The notes beneath the pieces are model-generated. The model made no database searches and was not told the origin of the DNA. It saw nothing but the letters and a program-made list of their open reading frames with translations. A DNA stretch of 64,000 nucleotides from a virus (Duplodnaviria; Caudoviricetes). This document shows, piece after piece, positions 62,362-64,000 of the stretch. A program made the translations under genes and the position numbers. The stretch spans positions 23,201 through 87,200 of IMG/VR virus record IMGVR_UViG_3300025875_000590; one strand, 5' to 3'. Each line of letters begins with the position of its first letter. The first letter of the stretch is position 1.

Positions 62362-62762
62362 TGGTCGCCGGTGCCGGGGACGCCGAGCATGCTGGCGGGC
62401 TGCTCGGCGGGGGTGGTGGGGTGGCCGTGCTGGGGGCAGCAGGACCAGGCGGCGTCGTCGGTGACGGTCCAGCCGAGCCGGCGCCCGTGGTCGCGGATGC
62501 CGGCGAGGGCCTGGACGCGGGTGTCGGCGCGGATGTCGGCGGTGAGGGCCGGGGTGCCGCAGTCGGGGTGGTCGCAGGCGAGGGCCATGAGGGTGAAGGG
62601 GCCGCGGTTCTCGGCCCAGGTGTCCGGCGCGGGCTCGGTGGTGACGCGGGTGACGGGGACGGTGTCGGTGTCGTGGGGGCCGGGGATGGCGCCGCAGCCA
62701 CCGCACGGGCCGGTGCTGAAGTCGTGGAAGCAGTTGACGCAGCGGCCGACGGGTCGGGTCAC
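62358..62762 (-). CDS. Zinc-binding hypothetical protein
   Basis: CVNC..CGGC and CDHPDC..GW..CPQH. Confidence 0.6.
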   Translation of the reverse strand: MTRPVGRCVNCFHDFSTGPCGGCGAIPGPHDTDTVPVTRVTTEPAPDTWAENRGPFTLMALACDHPDCGTPALTADIRADTRVQALAGIRDHGRRLGWTVTDDAAWSCCPQHGHPTTPAEQPASMLGVPGTGDQ

Positions 62763-62965
62763 GGGGTGGCTCCAGGGTGGATGGGGCACGCGCGGGCGGG
62801 CCGGGGCGGGAGGGCGAGGCAGGTGGCGTCGTGGTGGGCGAGCAGGTGGCAGGGGCCGGTGGCCGCGGGCAGCCCGCACACGGGCCGGGGGCGGGGGCGG
62901 AGCAGCCCGGTGGCGGGGCCGCTGCGGGCGGGGAAACGAGAGAGGGGCACGGGGGGCTCCCGGGG

Positions 62966-63379
62966 TCAGGCCGCTCGGCTGGCGGCGCGGGCTGCGGTGT
63001 GCGCGGCGGTGCACGGGGGGCAGGCGGGATCGTCGGCGGTGCGGTGCTGGCGGTAGCCGCGCTCGGTGCCGTGCTCGCGGGGCTCCCGCCCGGACAGCAG
63101 GGGCGGGTGTCCGACGGTGGGCACGGGGCCCTCGAGGGACCAGGCGAGCAGGGACCGCACGGTGCGGTCGGGGTCGACCATGCCGGCGAGGATGACGGCG
63201 AGGGCGTCGACGCGGCCCCCGGGGGTGGCGGCGAGCAGCGCTTGGACGACGTCGGGGCCCTCGTCGCGGACGGCGGCCACGAGCTGCGCGGCGTGCGGGA
63301 CCAGCTCCCCGGCGAGGTCGAGGATCGCGGCCCGCTCGGGGGGAAGATCGTCGGCGGGGACGGGGACGGTGGTGAGCAT
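62966..63379 (-). CDS. Hypothetical protein with HGT..GY..H..C..C motif
   Basis: HGTERGYRQH..CPPC; start-associated motif upstream. Confidence 0.7.
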   Translation of the reverse strand: MLTTVPVPADDLPPERAAILDLAGELVPHAAQLVAAVRDEGPDVVQALLAATPGGRVDALAVILAGMVDPDRTVRSLLAWSLEGPVPTVGHPPLLSGREPREHGTERGYRQHRTADDPACPPCTAAHTAARAASRAA

Positions 63380-63384
63380 GGTCA

Positions 63385-63397
63385 GCTCCTCAGCTGG
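63385..63397 (-). promoter_or_regulatory. Start-associated motif
   Basis: Exact CCAGCTGAGGAGC. Confidence 0.8.
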
Positions 63398-63408
63398 TCG
63401 GTGGAAGG

Positions 63409-63630
63409 TCATCGGAGGCGGGGAACCGGGGGGTGCTCCCGGCGGGCGGCGCGGAGGGCACCGTCCTTGCGGGTGTAGCCCTGCCCGGGGGTGCCGACGA
63501 CCTGCCCGTTGCCGGCCTTGACGCGGTACCGCCACAGCCCGCCGCCGTCGGGGTAGATCTCGACGCGGCGGGGCTGGCCGCCGTCGGGTCCGGGGGTCGG
63601 GTAGACGACGGGCTTGCGGCCGGCGCTCAC
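63409..63630 (-). CDS. DUF1508 (YegP-like) protein
   Basis: EIYPDGGGLWRYRVKAGNGQVVG..GYTRKDGA. Confidence 0.75.
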   Translation of the reverse strand: MSAGRKPVVYPTPGPDGGQPRRVEIYPDGGGLWRYRVKAGNGQVVGTPGQGYTRKDGALRAARREHPPVPRLR

Positions 63631-63917
63631 GACGGCGTGCCCGGGGCCGGGTCGCCGGGAGCGGCGTGGCGGGACTGGTAGGCGGCAGTGGTGGTGAGCA
63701 ACTGCTCGGCGATGCGGGCCACGCCCTCCGGCGGCAGAACGAGGGTGGCATGGGAGCTCTCGCCGGTGGCGAGGATGCCGTGCGCGGTCACGACGATCGC
63801 GTCGCTGCCGCCGGCGTCGGTGAGGACGGCGGCAGCGGCCACGGTCATGTGGGTGACGACGATCGCCGAGTCGGGGAGCAGGTCGCCGGGCTGGGGAGTG
63901 CGGGTGGGCTCGGACAT
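63627..63917 (-). CDS. Hypothetical protein
   Basis: 96 aa, GGAGG RBS. Confidence 0.6.
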   Translation of the reverse strand: MSEPTRTPQPGDLLPDSAIVVTHMTVAAAAVLTDAGGSDAIVVTAHGILATGESSHATLVLPPEGVARIAEQLLTTTAAYQSRHAAPGDPAPGTPS

Positions 63918-64000
63918 CAGGGGGCCTCCTGGTGGTGGTGGTCGGACAGGATGGTGCGGGCACGCTGCAGGCGGGCCCAGGCGGCGACGTCACCGCCGGC

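Larger units (their letters stand above)
1..64000. mobile_element. Siphovirus-type prophage/phage-plasmid (partial) with embedded conjugation and partition modules
   Basis: TerS, TerL, portal, protease, capsid and tail genes plus relaxase, T4CP, VirB4 and parAB in one co-oriented block; no host housekeeping genes seen. Confidence 0.85.

Noticed and set aside
62759-62950. 63-aa ORF between 62762 and 62966
   Set aside because: Pro/Arg-rich with no RBS or motif; cannot be supported.
22-63681. Many long plus-strand ORFs in the track (e.g. 5251-6891, 6537-8753, 13905-15989, 24071-26122, 35936-38116, 41263-43626)
   Set aside because: They are antisense shadows of high-GC minus-strand genes, Arg/Gly/Ala/Pro-rich and without motifs. 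Only 21171-21620 and 37268-38179 are accepted on the plus strand.
1-64000. CRISPR array, rRNA or tRNA genes
   Set aside because: No regularly spaced repeat-spacer units. The T-loop-like strings at about 11540 (GTTCGAGTCC) and 35595 (GATTCGACCC) lie inside protein genes and lack a cloverleaf.

Overview
High-GC (roughly three quarters G+C) actinobacterial mobile element; nearly every gene is on the minus strand and both ends run off the window. Read in the direction of transcription (64 kb to 1): small phage accessory genes; terminase small subunit (59.3-59.9 kb); 15 coupled small ORFs; terminase large subunit (53.3-54.9 kb); a structured non-coding stretch; DUF1360; portal; MuF/protease fusion; HNH (43.6-50.1 kb). 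The head operon is then interrupted for about 35 kb by (i) operator-controlled small-gene cassettes with DNA methyltransferases and nucleases (25.8-43.4 kb), (ii) a candidate oriT, mobC, a MOBP-type relaxase and an actinobacterial type IV conjugation set (M23 hydrolase, pilin, VirB8-like, VirB6-like, SCO6880, VirB4, coupling protein, DUF4913; 11.4-25.7 kb) and (iii) parA/parB (8.8-10.1 kb). It resumes with major capsid hexamer and pentamer genes, three membrane proteins and the siphovirus head-tail/tail genes. No integrase, replication initiator, att site, tRNA or CRISPR was found. Best interpretation (inference): a phage-plasmid with both a virion and a conjugation machine. Three repeated non-coding signals were found by eye: a 13-nt start-associated motif (9 exact copies), a 16-bp palindromic operator (6 copies) and a leader motif in front of three late operons. 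All family assignments are by motif recognition, without database searches.
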